Shown: one piece after another, positions 37,452-51,479 of the stretch
Position numbering within the stretch: position 1 is the first letter of the stretch
Layout of the letters: every line of letters starts with the position of its first letter
NCBI RefSeq assembly: GCF_988243305.1
Contig: NZ_OZ547136.1
Strand: one strand, 5' to 3'
DNA: 64,000 nt
Translations under genes and position numbers: made by a program
Notes under the pieces: model-generated
What the model was told of the DNA's origin: nothing
Database searches by the model: none
What the model saw: only the letters and a program-made list of their open reading frames with translations

Positions 37452-37855
37452 TTTCCCGCAGAAACAGGCTCTGCAGGCCCGGCGTCCTCTGCCTGTTCAG
37501 GGGCATCATTCACCACAAACTCATACATACCGGACAGCCGGTACACCACGTTTTCAGCATGCGAAATTGCCTCTGTGGGCCAGGTGGTAAGCACTTCCTG
37601 CTCAATCTGTTTAACGGCTTCATTCATGGAAGGCTGCTTTGTCTTCTGCGGATGGTTATGCCACAGGGACATAGCCACCACAAAAGCACCGGTTCTGATG
37701 GCGTCTTCCACAGTAAACTTCCGGTTGCTGTCTGACTCCGCCTGTTCTGCCTGCCGTTTCATCAGGGCGAGATGCTCAATACGCTGCAGGGCTGACAGTT
37801 CAGAAAGCGTGACGGTCACGCCGTTATGTTCAAATGATTCGGTTTTCAGGAACAT
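37433..37855 (-). CDS. G: Tail assembly chaperone G
   Basis: 140-aa ORF; slippery site close to its 3' end. Confidence 0.9.
   Translation of the reverse strand: MFLKTESFEHNGVTVTLSELSALQRIEHLALMKRQAEQAESDSNRKFTVEDAIRTGAFVVAMSLWHNHPQKTKQPSMNEAVKQIEQEVLTTWPTEAISHAENVVYRLSGMYEFVVNDAPEQAEDAGPAEPVSAGKCSTVS
37451..37457 (-). promoter_or_regulatory. Programmed -1 ribosomal frameshift site
   Basis: GGGAAAG on the minus strand, identical to the lambda G/T slip sequence; the -1 frame continues into the T ORF. Confidence 0.8.
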
Positions 37856-37870
37856 CGCTGACTCTCCGGA

Positions 37871-38611
37871 TTAACTGTCGGTGACAGTGATTTCTGCAAC
37901 CGCAGCAAGTTCACCATTACCGGATACAACCGGAATGTTGACCTTACCTGCAGCAACGCCTTTCACGGTGATGGTCATACCACTGACCGACACGGTGGCT
38001 TTTGTTTTATCCGCTGACACCGCACGGAAGCTCTTGTCAGTTGCGCCCTCCGGCTGGAATGCCACGGTCAGCGTGGTGCTCTGCCCTTTCACCACCGAGG
38101 AGCTGGCAGGCGTCACGGTCATACCGGTTGCCGCCGTCACCGTACTGCGATCTTCTGCCATTGACGGACGGCCCACATTGGTGATCTTCACTGTACGGGT
38201 GATCACTTCCTTCGCCGTCACCGCCTTACCGATACTGCTGACCCAGCCACGGAACACATCGACCGTGCCGTTCGGGAAGCGGATTTTATAGGCACGGGTA
38301 TCACCTTCATTAAACCACACCAGCAGCGCCTGCTGCCCCTGCTCTCCGGGCATCCACGCCAGCGTGAAGCTGGTATCTCCGGCGGATTTCTGACCCTGCC
38401 CGGTCGCGGTCCAGTCCGCATCTTCATCATCGAGATAACTGTCGTCATAGGACTCAGCGGTCAGTTCGCCGGGCGTCAGGTCTTTAACTTTAGCCAGACG
38501 CGACCAGTCAACGTCTGAAAGCGGGTTCGCATAAGGGTCGCCGCTCCCGTTATAAACCCACAGGGTGGTTCCGGCACCTTTCACCGGTATTGCTGGATTT
38601 GGTACAGGCAT
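37871..38611 (-). CDS. V: Major tail protein V (with C-terminal Ig-like domain)
   Basis: ORF 37871..38641 trimmed to the [20 protein letters not shown] start. Confidence 0.9.
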   Translation of the reverse strand: MPVPNPAIPVKGAGTTLWVYNGSGDPYANPLSDVDWSRLAKVKDLTPGELTAESYDDSYLDDEDADWTATGQGQKSAGDTSFTLAWMPGEQGQQALLVWFNEGDTRAYKIRFPNGTVDVFRGWVSSIGKAVTAKEVITRTVKITNVGRPSMAEDRSTVTAATGMTVTPASSSVVKGQSTTLTVAFQPEGATDKSFRAVSADKTKATVSVSGMTITVKGVAAGKVNIPVVSGNGELAAVAEITVTDS

Positions 38612-38618
38612 ATCGTCC

Positions 38619-39014
38619 TCACATTTCATAGGTAATGACATAAGTCAGATCGGCAGAACTCCACAGGCCCGCATCATCGTCGCGCCGGTAGTCATAGCCG
38701 CTGGCCACCATACTGGTGATCAAATCTGACAGTGCCGGGACATCGCTCATCACCGGATAAATCCGGGACTCCATCCACGAATCCAGCTCTGAATCCGGCA
38801 CCTGAGCAGGCAGGAAAACTTCAATATGCAGCTCCGCCTGCCAGGTATCACTGTCCAGCTCTTCGCCCGTGTATTCAGCGCCGGTGAGATAAACGGCAAT
38901 TGCCGGAAAATCCGCCTCATCAAAAACAGCGGGGCGACCATCAAAAAGCGTCGCCCCGGTGTCATGCTTCTCCAGTGCATCCAGTACGGCTGCACGGAGT
39001 TCAGTATGTTTCAT
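38619..39014 (-). CDS. U: Tail terminator protein U
   Basis: 131-aa ORF beginning [21 protein letters not shown]. Confidence 0.9.
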   Translation of the reverse strand: MKHTELRAAVLDALEKHDTGATLFDGRPAVFDEADFPAIAVYLTGAEYTGEELDSDTWQAELHIEVFLPAQVPDSELDSWMESRIYPVMSDVPALSDLITSMVASGYDYRRDDDAGLWSSADLTYVITYEM

Positions 39015-39589
39015 CGCTTTATTACCATTCTCAGTTGATGCTGCAGCGCATAGCCCAGCTCTTTCGGAAGACGTTCACGCCGTATCCGTTCAATATTCTG
39101 TTTAAACGCCGTGGTAAGCGGCACCGCCATCGGGATTTTCACCACATCAATGGGGTAACGGTTTTTCCCGGCCACACGCTGCATGACATGCCACCGGCCA
39201 TTTTTCAGTTGCTGAATAAACGCGCCGGGAATACGACGGTTTCCCACCACAAGCACGCTGCCGCCACCTTTCAGGGATGAACGCTGCCCCTTTTTACGAC
39301 GTCTGCGGCGGGAAAGGACAACCCGCGCGTTACCCAGCTTGATTACGGGCAAATCCCCCCGGTTAACCCTGATTCTGGCCTGCGGATTTTTGACCGTGGC
39401 CCTTTTCAGCCTGGCCCTTTCCTTTACCAGTTTCCGGCGTACCTTTGTCTCACGGGCAACCTGTGCCACCGACTGCGATACCGCGGATGAAGCAACGCGG
39501 TTAATGGCCATTGCGGCGGCACCGGGCACCGCCGTTCTGCTGATACGGCTGAGGTTTTCAACGGCCTGCTCAAGACCTTTTATGGCCAT
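39011..39589 (-). CDS. Z: Tail completion protein Z
   Basis: 192-aa ORF between FII and U. Confidence 0.85.
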   Translation of the reverse strand: MAIKGLEQAVENLSRISRTAVPGAAAMAINRVASSAVSQSVAQVARETKVRRKLVKERARLKRATVKNPQARIRVNRGDLPVIKLGNARVVLSRRRRRKKGQRSSLKGGGSVLVVGNRRIPGAFIQQLKNGRWHVMQRVAGKNRYPIDVVKIPMAVPLTTAFKQNIERIRRERLPKELGYALQHQLRMVIKR

Positions 39590-39600
39590 ACATCCCCCTT

Positions 39601-39954
39601 TCAGCGGCGACGGTTAACGGCAGGCGGTACGCCCCGCCCAAGCCAGAGATGACAGCTTCCGCCATCATCCGGCGAAATCCGGTCTATCCAGAAGTTTTCC
39701 TCACCGATGGTCAGCGTGTCGCCGCGCCGCAGCTGCCGCACATCATCAGTCCGGACAAACAGGGACGGGCTGGAGCCTTCAACGCGCACGCCCTGTCCGG
39801 CATAGCTGATATTTTCAGGGTCATCAAAAACACCACGTATCACAGCACCGGACTGCTCACCGGATGTAATGGTGGCTGACGTTCCCATGTACCCGCGTAT
39901 CGTTTCATCGGCGCGGGCAATGGCAGCATCGAACAGGTTATCGAAATCAGCCAC
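39601..39954 (-). CDS. FII: Head-tail joining protein FII
   Basis: 117-aa ORF in lambda order. Confidence 0.85.
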   Translation of the reverse strand: MADFDNLFDAAIARADETIRGYMGTSATITSGEQSGAVIRGVFDDPENISYAGQGVRVEGSSPSLFVRTDDVRQLRRGDTLTIGEENFWIDRISPDDGGSCHLWLGRGVPPAVNRRR

Positions 39955-39965
39955 AGCGCCTCCCG

Positions 39966-40361
39966 TTATTGCATTCTGGCCAGGCCGCGCTCTGTCATTT
40001 CAGCTGCCACACCGGCAGAGACACGGAACGCCGTTCCCGGCAGCACAAATGCCACAGCCTCATCCCGCGTGGCGTGAAGTGCATCAGTATGCAGCGTCAC
40101 CAGTGCCACAACCGTGACCAGATCAGCCGTATCAGTCACGGTATCCGGCTGCGCTGATACAACCTCATTTTCATGTCCGGTCAGCACATTTTCCGGGCTG
40201 AGAGGGGTATCCTGACCGGCAGTGTCGCCCGTGTCATCAAGCTCTTCTTCCAGCTCTGCCACACGGAGCGCCAGTTCTTCTTTCGTCCCCGTCAGGCTGA
40301 TATCACGGTTCAGTTGTTCACCCAGCGAGCGGAGACGGGCAATCAGTTCATCTTTCGTCAT
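39966..40361 (-). CDS. FI: DNA packaging protein FI
   Basis: ORF trimmed to the MTKDELIARLRSLGEQLNRD start (132 aa). Confidence 0.85.
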   Translation of the reverse strand: MTKDELIARLRSLGEQLNRDISLTGTKEELALRVAELEEELDDTGDTAGQDTPLSPENVLTGHENEVVSAQPDTVTDTADLVTVVALVTLHTDALHATRDEAVAFVLPGTAFRVSAGVAAEMTERGLARMQ

Positions 40362-40402
40362 GGACTCCTCCACAGAGAAACAATGGCCCAGAAGGGCCAC
40401 GA

Positions 40403-41428
40403 TTACGCCAGTTGTACGGAAACGAACTCATCAGGGTCAGCCAGCAGCATCAGCGGTGCTGACTGAATCATGGTGAACTCACGCGCCGGATCGCCGGTGG
40501 TCACCCAGTTTTTCGGGTAACGGGCAGAGGCGTTAATGCCTTCGCGCTGTGCATCCGCATCCTGAATGCAGCCATAGGTGCGCAGACCGCGTGCATGAGT
40601 GTTACCCAGCACCATCGTGTTGTCCGGCAGGAAGTTCTTTTTGACGCCGTTTTCCACGTACTGTCCGGAATACACGACGATGGCCACATCGCCATACATT
40701 CCCTTATAAGACACCGCTTTGCCCAGGTCTTTCACCGCTGTCTCCAGTTCGGAATGAGAGCCGCGACGGGTATCCAGCTTCTCCCTGACGGCTTTGAAGG
40801 AACGGAACAGCGCCCAGCCTTTCGGGTCAAACACAATGATATTCACCACGCCGCTGGCGTTCAGCGCGTAGGCTTCGATATCGTCGGTCGGGTCATACGT
40901 GGACTTGTCACGCTTGCTCCACTCCGTGCCGCCGGACTGCGTGATGTTGTTCGCCGCACTGCGGCCCATATCCACCTCAACCGGATCGAAGGCTTCACCG
41001 GTCATGGTGTATTTGCCCTTGAGCACGGCAGAAACTGCCTGCATCTCTTCGACCTGAGCAATGGCCAGCTCTTCGTCACGCATGTTCTGCAGGATGATGC
41101 GACGGCGGCGGTAAGCCGGGTCCGCCAGATTCTGCGGATCTTCATCCGGCAGGCGACGCAGGGTCATCTGCGGATTCACTTCATGCTTCGGCTTGACATA
41201 TCCCGGCGTAAATTCAGAGGTGGAGCCGCCACGGGAACGGATAACCTCACCGGAAACAATCGGCGAAACGTACAGCGCCATGTTTACCAGTCCCGGAATT
41301 TGTGAGAGATAGACTTTCTCCGTAGTGAAGGGATAGCTCTCACGGAAAAAGAGACGCAGAAACAGCGGATCAAACTTAAATTTCTGCTCATTTGCCGCCA
41401 GCAGTTGGGCGGTTGTGTACATCGACAT
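40403..41428 (-). CDS. E: Major capsid protein E
   Basis: ORF trimmed to the MSMYTTAQLLAANEQKFKFDPLFLRLFFRES start (341 aa). Confidence 0.95.
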   Translation of the reverse strand: MSMYTTAQLLAANEQKFKFDPLFLRLFFRESYPFTTEKVYLSQIPGLVNMALYVSPIVSGEVIRSRGGSTSEFTPGYVKPKHEVNPQMTLRRLPDEDPQNLADPAYRRRRIILQNMRDEELAIAQVEEMQAVSAVLKGKYTMTGEAFDPVEVDMGRSAANNITQSGGTEWSKRDKSTYDPTDDIEAYALNASGVVNIIVFDPKGWALFRSFKAVREKLDTRRGSHSELETAVKDLGKAVSYKGMYGDVAIVVYSGQYVENGVKKNFLPDNTMVLGNTHARGLRTYGCIQDADAQREGINASARYPKNWVTTGDPAREFTMIQSAPLMLLADPDEFVSVQLA

Positions 41429-41483
41429 AAAAAAATCCCGTAAAAAAAGCCGCACAGGCGGCCTTTAGTGATGAAGGGTCAGG

Positions 41484-41816
41484 TTAAACGATGCTGATTG
41501 CCGTTCCGGCAAACGCGGTCCGTTTTTTCGTCTCGTCGCTGGCAGCCTCCGGCCAGAGCACATCCTCATAACGGAACGTGCCGGACTTGTAGAACGTCAG
41601 CGTGGTGCTGGTCTGGTCAGCAGCAACCGCCAGAATGCCAACGGCAGCACCGTCGGTGGTGCCATCCCACGCAACCAGCTTACGGGTGGAGGTATCCAGC
41701 ATCAGCGGGGTCATTACAGGCGCTTTCGCACTCAATCCGCCGGGCGCGGTTGCCGTATGTGCCGGGTCACTGTTGCCCAGCGGCTGGTAATGGGTAAAGG
41801 TTTCTTTGCTCGTCAT
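41484..41816 (-). CDS. D: Head decoration protein D
   Basis: About 110 aa beginning [33 protein letters not shown]. Confidence 0.9.
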   Translation of the reverse strand: MTSKETFTHYQPLGNSDPAHTATAPGGLSAKAPVMTPLMLDTSTRKLVAWDGTTDGAAVGILAVAADQTSTTLTFYKSGTFRYEDVLWPEAASDETKKRTAFAGTAISIV

Positions 41817-41825
41817 AAACATCCC

Positions 41826-43125
41826 TTACACTGGTGTGTTCAGCAAATCGTTAACGGCATCAGATGCCGGGTTACCTGCAGCCAGCGGTGCCGGTGCCCC
41901 CTGCATCAGACGATCCAGCGCAGTGTCACTGCGCGCCTGTGCACTCTGTGGTGCAGCTGCCAGAATGCGGCGGGCCGTTTCCACGGTCATACCGGGGGTT
42001 TCGGCCAGCACGCGTGCCTGTTCTTCGCGTCCGTGAGCCTCCTCACAGTTGAGGATCCCCATAATGCGACTGTTTTCTGCCGCAACCGCTGCGGTGATCT
42101 GCGCGTTCACGTCCGGCTGCGCCGCGCTGGCGTTTTCGCCCTCCGTCGCTTGCACCACGCCAGTAACGTCAGCCTGCGAAGCAGTGGCTGAAACAGTTGT
42201 TGATTGAGTCTCTTTGGTCATTCGCCCTCCTGAGAGACGGGATTTACGTGTATCCAGTGCATCACGCATGACGGTGATCGCATCGGTACTGTTAACAAGT
42301 TCATCAGCCAGTCCGGCATCAATGGCCTCCTGACCGCTGTACACTGCAGCCTCGGTATCCAGCACAGCCTGCACGGACAGGCCGGTATATGCCGACACCT
42401 TCTGTGCAAACATCCGGCGGGTTGCATCCATCCGGGACTGCAGTGTTTCCCGGACATCATCCGGTAGATGGCTGTAGGGGTTGCCATCCACCTTATGGCT
42501 GCCGCTGTAAATCAGCGTGATTTCCACACCCTGTTTCTCCAGCGCAGCACCGTAATTACTGTGAGCCATCATGACGCCGATGGAGCCTGTCCGGGCGGTC
42601 TGCGTGACCAGACGCCGGGAGGCGGCACTGGCAAGCAGCTGACCTGCGCTGCAGTTCATGTCATTGGCCAGCGCCCATACCGGCTTTATGTCACGCACAC
42701 GGGCGATGATGTCAGCGCAGTCAAATGCCCCCGCCACCATTCCGCCTGGCGTGTCCATATCGAGCAGAATGCCGTCCACCATCGGGTCGCTGGCAGCCTG
42801 TTGCAGACGGGCGATAATGCCGTTGTAACCGGTCATCCCCGAGTACGGCTGCAGCGCCCGCGTCCGGCTGACCAGCGTGCCGGACACCGGCAGCACGGCG
42901 ATGCCGTTCATGACCTGATAACTGCGGGCCTGTCGTGGTCCGTCATCATCACCGGATAATGCCAGCGTCGCGAGTGCCTCCTGGGCAGTCAGGCTGTCGC
43001 CGGACACCGCATCCGTCAGGCGGCTGATCCCAAGCTGGCCTGCAAGCGCACAAAAGAAAACCCGCGCATAGGCGGGTTCAAGCATCAGCGGCTCATTAAA
43101 AGCCATGCTGGCAATATGCGGGAGA

Positions 43126-43145
<20 letters not shown>
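41826..43145 (-). CDS. C: Head protease/scaffold protein C (with nested in-frame Nu3-like scaffold)
   Basis: Product matches lambda C from VTAELRNLPHIASMAF; inferred GTG start at 43143-43145 overlaps the end of B by 20 nt, as in lambda. Confidence 0.85.
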
Positions 43146-46826
<3,681 letters not shown>

Positions 46827-46852
<26 letters not shown>

Positions 46853-47372
46853 TCAGCAACCCCGGTATCAGTTCATCCAGCGCGGCTGCTTTGTTCATGG
46901 CTTTGATGATATCCCGTTTCAGGAAATCAACATGTCGGTTTTCCAGTTCCGGAAAACGCCGCTGCACCGACAGGGGGATCCCGTCGAGAATACTGGCAAT
47001 TTCACCTGCGATCCGCGACAGCACGAAAGTACAGAATGCGGTTTCCACCACTTCAGCGGAGTCTCTGGCATTTTTCAGCTCCTGTGCGTCGGCCTGCGCA
47101 CGCGTAAGTCGATGGCGTTCGTACTCAATAGTCCCTGGCTGGAGATCTGTCTCGCTGGCCTGCCGCAGTTCTTCAACTTCCCGGCGCAGCTTTTCGTTCT
47201 CAATTTCAGCATCCCTTTCGGCATACCATTTTATGACGGCGGCAGAATCATAAAGCACCTCATTACCCTTCCCACCACCCCGCAGAACGGGCATTCCCTG
47301 CTCCTGCCAGTTCTGAATGGTACGGATACTCGCGCCGAAAATGTCAGCCAGCTGCTTTTTGTTGACTTCCAT
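46827..47372 (-). CDS. Nu1: Terminase small subunit Nu1
   Basis: 181-aa ORF beginning MEVNKKQLADIFGASIRTIQNWQEQGMP. Confidence 0.95.
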
Positions 47373-47379
47373 TGTTCAT

Positions 47380-47600
47380 TCCACGGACAAAAACAGAGAA
47401 AGGAAACGACAGAGGCCAAAAAGCCCGTTTTCAGCACCTGTCGTTTCCTTTCTTTTCAGAGGGTATTTTAAATAAAAACATTAAGTTATGACGAAGAAGA
47501 ACGGAAACGCCTTAAACCGGAAAATTTTCATAAATAGCGAAAACCCGCGAGGTCGCCGCCCCGTAACCGGTCGGATCGCCGGAAAGGACCCACGAAATGA
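47380..47600. other. cos region (cosB, cosN, cosQ)
   Basis: Sequence closely resembles the lambda cos region in reverse orientation. Confidence 0.7.
47550..47561 (-). other. cosN 12-nt cohesive end
   Basis: aggtcgccgccc is the reverse complement of the lambda cohesive end GGGCGGCGACCT. Confidence 0.7.
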
Positions 47601-47767
47601 TAATTATTATCATCTATATAAGGTTTATCACAACATGTGTGTACGCCATCAAACCACGAGAAATAATCAATTATGACGCAGGTATCGTATTAATTGATCT
47701 GCGTCAAATTAACGTAAAAGCAACTTCTGATAATACAAATCAGCAACACTGAATATGGGGAAACATT

Positions 47768-47953
47768 ATGTCATCAAAGAACAGAACCCGCAGAACAACA
47801 ACCCGCAACATCCGATTTCCAAACCAGATGATTGAACAAATTAACATCGCTCTTGATCTGAAAGGTTCAGGAAACTTTTCAGCGTGGGTTATTGAAGCCT
47901 GCAGAAGAAGGCTGTCAACAGAGAGTTCGGGTATGAATTACATAATTAAGTAA
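47768..47953 (+). CDS. Small hypothetical protein, possibly ribbon-helix-helix DNA-binding
   Basis: 61-aa ORF with GGGGAA Shine-Dalgarno; basic N-terminus followed by a beta-strand/two-helix pattern (IRFPNQMIEQINIALDL...FSAWVIEACRRRL). Confidence 0.4.
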   Translation: MSSKNRTRRTTTRNIRFPNQMIEQINIALDLKGSGNFSAWVIEACRRRLSTESSGMNYIIK

Positions 47954-48085
47954 CATGGTGTTCACAGAACACGCAGTTACCGGACACATCAGTTTTCCAT
48001 TCGCTCCCTGGCAGTACAGGCTTCCCCTCTGACGGGATAGCCTGAAAAAATAACACAGAAAATTATTTGTTATAATTAATATAAC

Positions 48086-48226
48086 TTACTCAAAAAAAAG
48101 CGACGAGAAAATCAGCATCAACGAACAATAAGCGCCAATACGTGATAACAAATGGCAGCCATATTTATCTGCAGTATAAGCAATGGACAGGATAACCACA
48201 CCAGAAACCGTCAGCATAAAATCCAT
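48086..48226 (-). CDS. Small hydrophobic peptide (46 aa), hypothetical
   Basis: Hand-translated: MDFMLTVSGVVILSIAYTADKYGCHLLSRIGAYCSLMLIFSSLFFE; GGGGAAG Shine-Dalgarno; below the 60-aa cut-off of the ORF track. Confidence 0.25.
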   Translation of the reverse strand: MDFMLTVSGVVILSIAYTADKYGCHLLSRIGAYCSLMLIFSSLFFE

Positions 48227-48576
48227 TTGAACTTCCCCGGACAAAATCGACTCATCTAAAGATTTACAGCTCTTTTTATTATCAATATGTTAAAAGTAAA
48301 ATAAACAGATGTTCAATAACACGAATACAAAAACGTGCTGAAATTCAATGAATCCATTTCTGTGTCATCAATTAATAGTGATAAACATCCGGCTTCTTCC
48401 ACCATCGCACCGGACAGGCGACTATGAGGGGACAACGCCGCGCTCCGTTAACGCGGTAAACCCCGGTGTGTATCGTTTTTGATTATCCCCGCACACTCGC
48501 GCAGAGGAGTCTCCCTGTCGGGCTGCGGTCTCTGTTAATGAGGGAATACAGCGACGATACGGCGCATCAACAAAAC

Positions 48577-49044
48577 TTATTTCAGGCACTGAGTACGGAT
48601 ATATTCCTGCGCCCCTTCCAGTTGCTTGTGCATCGTCATCAGCCGCTCTCTGAGGGTGAAATAATCCCGTTCAGCGGTGTCTGCCAGTCGGGGGCCGGTT
48701 GCATTATCCACGCGGGCGGTGCCGGTGGCTTCACGCACGGGACCTGGACAGGTGGCGTTGATACGCAGGCGCTTACGACCAGCGGCAACGTCAGCGCGAA
48801 GAGTTTCATTTTCAGCTCTCGCATCGGCTAATTCCCTCGAGTATTTTGCATCGAGCGCAGCAACATCACGCTGACGCATCTGCATGTCAGTAATTGCCGC
48901 GTTCGCCAGCTTCAGTTCTCTGACATTTTTGTCGCGCTGGGCTTTGTAGGTAATGGCGTTATCACGGTAATGATTCAGCCCCAGACTAAGCGCACCACAG
49001 GCCACCAGCATGACAATAATCACCACACACAGAACACGGTTCAT
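48577..49044 (-). CDS. Rz: Spanin inner-membrane subunit Rz
   Basis: ORF 48577..49128 trimmed to the [38 protein letters not shown] start. Confidence 0.9.
   Translation of the reverse strand: MNRVLCVVIIVMLVACGALSLGLNHYRDNAITYKAQRDKNVRELKLANAAITDMQMRQRDVAALDAKYSRELADARAENETLRADVAAGRKRLRINATCPGPVREATGTARVDNATGPRLADTAERDYFTLRERLMTMHKQLEGAQEYIRTQCLK
48639..48824 (-). CDS. Rz1: Spanin outer-membrane lipoprotein Rz1, embedded in Rz in the +1 frame
   Basis: 61-aa ORF with lipobox (VVSAC) and Pro-rich tail ([30 protein letters not shown]). Confidence 0.85.
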   Translation of the reverse strand: MRELKMKLFALTLPLVVSACVSTPPVQVPCVKPPAPPAWIMQPAPDWQTPLNGIISPSESG

Positions 49045-49262
49045 ATCACCACCAACGGATTGCCCAGACCAGAACAGCAATGGCCACAATACGAATGGCA
49101 AATGCCATTGCCCGAATAAGTTCAGCACTCATCTTTTTAAAGTTCACGATTTCAGCGCAATGACCAGTTTTGCCAGCCCATATAGCATCGGAGACACAGC
49201 AATACCAACAGCCACCCACTTAATAGCAAAAGCCAGCGCTCTGCTGATGTCATCAGTCACTG

Positions 49263-49394
49263 TCACCCCAGCAGCCCCGACGAAGACAACATCACCCAGG
49301 CGAGGGACAGAAAAAGAGCAACCAGCATTAGTGAAAATGAAATACCGACAATCACACACAGGACCTTTGCCGGCGTTATGAGTTTGTCTGACAT
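49263..49394 (-). CDS. Small hydrophobic peptide (43 aa), hypothetical
   Basis: Hand-translated: MSDKLITPAKVLCVIVGISFSLMLVALFLSLAWVMLSSSGLLG; AGGGG Shine-Dalgarno 6 nt upstream. Overlaps the longer alternative-frame ORF 49144..49416. Confidence 0.3.
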   Translation of the reverse strand: MSDKLITPAKVLCVIVGISFSLMLVALFLSLAWVMLSSSGLLG

Positions 49395-49563
49395 AGCTAC
49401 CCCTTAATTGCCACAATTAACTGGGATACTACCCATAAAAAAGGGATGCTCCAGACCAGCAAAAATTTCCAGTTTGGTAATTGACTAATCATGAGTCGCA
49501 ACTCCCTAATCAGTTTGCTAAAATCAATCAAGGCAGCCTCCCATAGCTTACTGCCATAAAAAC

Positions 49564-49600
49564 AAAACCCCGCTTGCTGCCAACAAACGGGGTTTTTACT
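49564..49600. terminator. Hairpin terminator downstream of R
   Basis: aaaaccccg...cggggttttt with T runs on both strands. Confidence 0.55.
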
Positions 49601-49686
49601 TTTATTCACTTACGTTTCGCCAGTTCGCAGGATTTCGTGTTATCCGCCCGCGTGGCCATGCCTTATTTTTCAGCAAAATATTCTGC

Positions 49687-50220
49687 TTATCTGTCGATAC
49701 CCCAGCACGCCAGCGCGCTCTCCTGGTCACGACGGGATACCTGACCGTAGCAGTTGTTTGAACGAATACGGCAGTCTCTGCCACCGTCCTTAATCCACCA
49801 GCGAATCGCCTCACACGCTCCCCTGCGGTCACCAGCATTCAGCCGCTTATAAAACGTCGACGGGAAACACTTACCGGGGCCAATGTTATAGGGACAGAAT
49901 GACGCTATACCCGCTTTCTGTGGTTCGGTCAGTGGAACTTTAATATTGCGCTCCACCCATGCCAGCGCCTTATCCCGTTCAATGGCATTAACCTGGTCGC
50001 ATTTTTCCTTCGACAGTTTCATGCCCGGAATAACAGGTTTACCATCCACCATTGTGGCACCGCGGCAGATGGTCCAGATACCCGCACCATCACGGTATGC
50101 CGTTGTGTGGTTACCTTCTTTTTCATCCAGAAACTGGTCGAGAATATCAGGCGCAGGCGCACCGATGGCAATCAACGCCAGAACGGCAGCCGACAGGCCA
50201 TATTTGATTTTGGTGTTCAT
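49687..50220 (-). CDS. R: Endolysin (lysozyme family) with N-terminal signal-anchor-release-like segment
   Basis: 177-aa ORF; N-terminal weakly hydrophobic Gly/Ala-rich segment (LSAAVLALIAIGAPA). Confidence 0.9.
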   Translation of the reverse strand: MNTKIKYGLSAAVLALIAIGAPAPDILDQFLDEKEGNHTTAYRDGAGIWTICRGATMVDGKPVIPGMKLSKEKCDQVNAIERDKALAWVERNIKVPLTEPQKAGIASFCPYNIGPGKCFPSTFYKRLNAGDRRGACEAIRWWIKDGGRDCRIRSNNCYGQVSRRDQESALACWGIDR

Positions 50221-50276
50221 GGATATTTATCAGGATTTATCGGTTCCGAATCCCTGGATATGTTAAATCTTCAGCC

Positions 50277-50303
50277 CGCCAGCGGTAGGACACTGGCGTT
50301 TTT
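50277..50303 (+). terminator. Hairpin plus T run between the R start and the 104-aa ORF
   Basis: cgccagcggtaggacactggcg followed by ttttt on the plus strand; function unclear. Confidence 0.35.
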
Positions 50304-50348
50304 CCTGATGGCTGAAATATATCTGACAATTTCAGTAGAGGATTAACC

Positions 50349-50663
50349 ATGCATAACGATCAACATAATTATGATTTATGCCTGCAAGCCATAAATGAGC
50401 GGGTAAAATCAGAGTGCCTCTTACTCCTCCCACAAGAACACGATGCAGTAAAATCCATTCAGGCTGAGCCGTATGGACATCTCACACCTGTGACTCTCGG
50501 CATTATCGCCAGAGCATTAACACAGCCCATGCTTATGCGTATTAAGACCAATATAAATAACTGGTTGAATGAAGAATTAAGCTACCTTGATTGTGAGTGG
50601 GACAATCATTACGCAAAAACACAAAAAGAACGCATCTTCAGTCGATTATCCAGCAACAGATAA
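50349..50663 (+). CDS. Hypothetical protein (104 aa), antisense to the late operon
   Basis: ORF with GAGGA Shine-Dalgarno 7 nt upstream; AT-rich codon usage; no family recognised. Confidence 0.45.
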   Translation: MHNDQHNYDLCLQAINERVKSECLLLLPQEHDAVKSIQAEPYGHLTPVTLGIIARALTQPMLMRIKTNINNWLNEELSYLDCEWDNHYAKTQKERIFSRLSSNR

Positions 50664-50672
50664 CGAGCCACC

Positions 50673-51479
50673 TTATATACGCCCTTTCAGATAAGTCATC
50701 CCCGGCTGCATCCAGTCAACAGGTGCTTTCTTAAAGGGCGTATTATCAAAATCACGCAGAAGAGCCTCCAGCACAACTGCATCATTGTCAGCACCACTGG
50801 CCATCATTTCAATCTCAGCTGCTACCTGCAGATATCCCATGCAACGACCAATGCGCTTCATCAGCCCCTGCTTTTTATTGTTCTTCAGGTAATCAATGGC
50901 AAATTCAATGAGCGCCTCACTATGCTGGTGCGATGGCGGTGTTAATTTCCCATTTTCTGAGATGGTTATTTTCCCGCCATCTCCGTATACAACAAAGGAT
51001 GGCCGGTTACACTCCCATTCCTGATCTTTATCAGGTGCAGACGCAATAAAATAACGTTTATTTCCTTCCTCTCCGGCACTTTTAACCGTAATGGAGTACT
51101 CAGACTGCAGACAAGACGCCTCTTTTTCTGACCGCAGTGTTGACGGCGGCATCTTCAGAGAACCAGTAATTCTTCCCGGTAGCTTTCCTTTGTAGGTTAT
51201 CAACACATCCTGCGCCTCTAAAATTATGGGGCGCTTTTCCGGCGACAGCTCATCCCCTTCACATAACCCGGCAGCAACATCCAGGAAGACCTGTCTGATG
51301 CTCCTTCTGGCTGCTGCCTCATAAAACTCCAGCGCGGCACCTTCAACACGGTCCAGCGAGATGTCCAGGTCAAAAATTTCACCGTCAAAGCGTTTTTTGT
51401 CCCGTAACGCTAAAGTTACCGTAACTTTATTCTCAAAATTGCGGATCCCTTTCACAATCAGTTCATAGTTTTGAGTCAT
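50673..51479 (-). CDS. Hypothetical protein (268 aa) inserted between holin and endolysin
   Basis: Start is 4 nt after the S stop (GAGTAATTCAATG) with GGGGAGAG Shine-Dalgarno inside the end of S; soluble; no family recognised. Confidence 0.6.
   Translation of the reverse strand: MTQNYELIVKGIRNFENKVTVTLALRDKKRFDGEIFDLDISLDRVEGAALEFYEAAARRSIRQVFLDVAAGLCEGDELSPEKRPIILEAQDVLITYKGKLPGRITGSLKMPPSTLRSEKEASCLQSEYSITVKSAGEEGNKRYFIASAPDKDQEWECNRPSFVVYGDGGKITISENGKLTPPSHQHSEALIEFAIDYLKNNKKQGLMKRIGRCMGYLQVAAEIEMMASGADNDAVVLEALLRDFDNTPFKKAPVDWMQPGMTYLKGRI

Noticed and set aside
49397-49609. 70-aa minus-strand ORF in the R-Rz gap
   Set aside because: Its start lies upstream of, and its body spans, the strong terminator hairpin at 49564-49600, so it is unlikely to be a translated gene as drawn.
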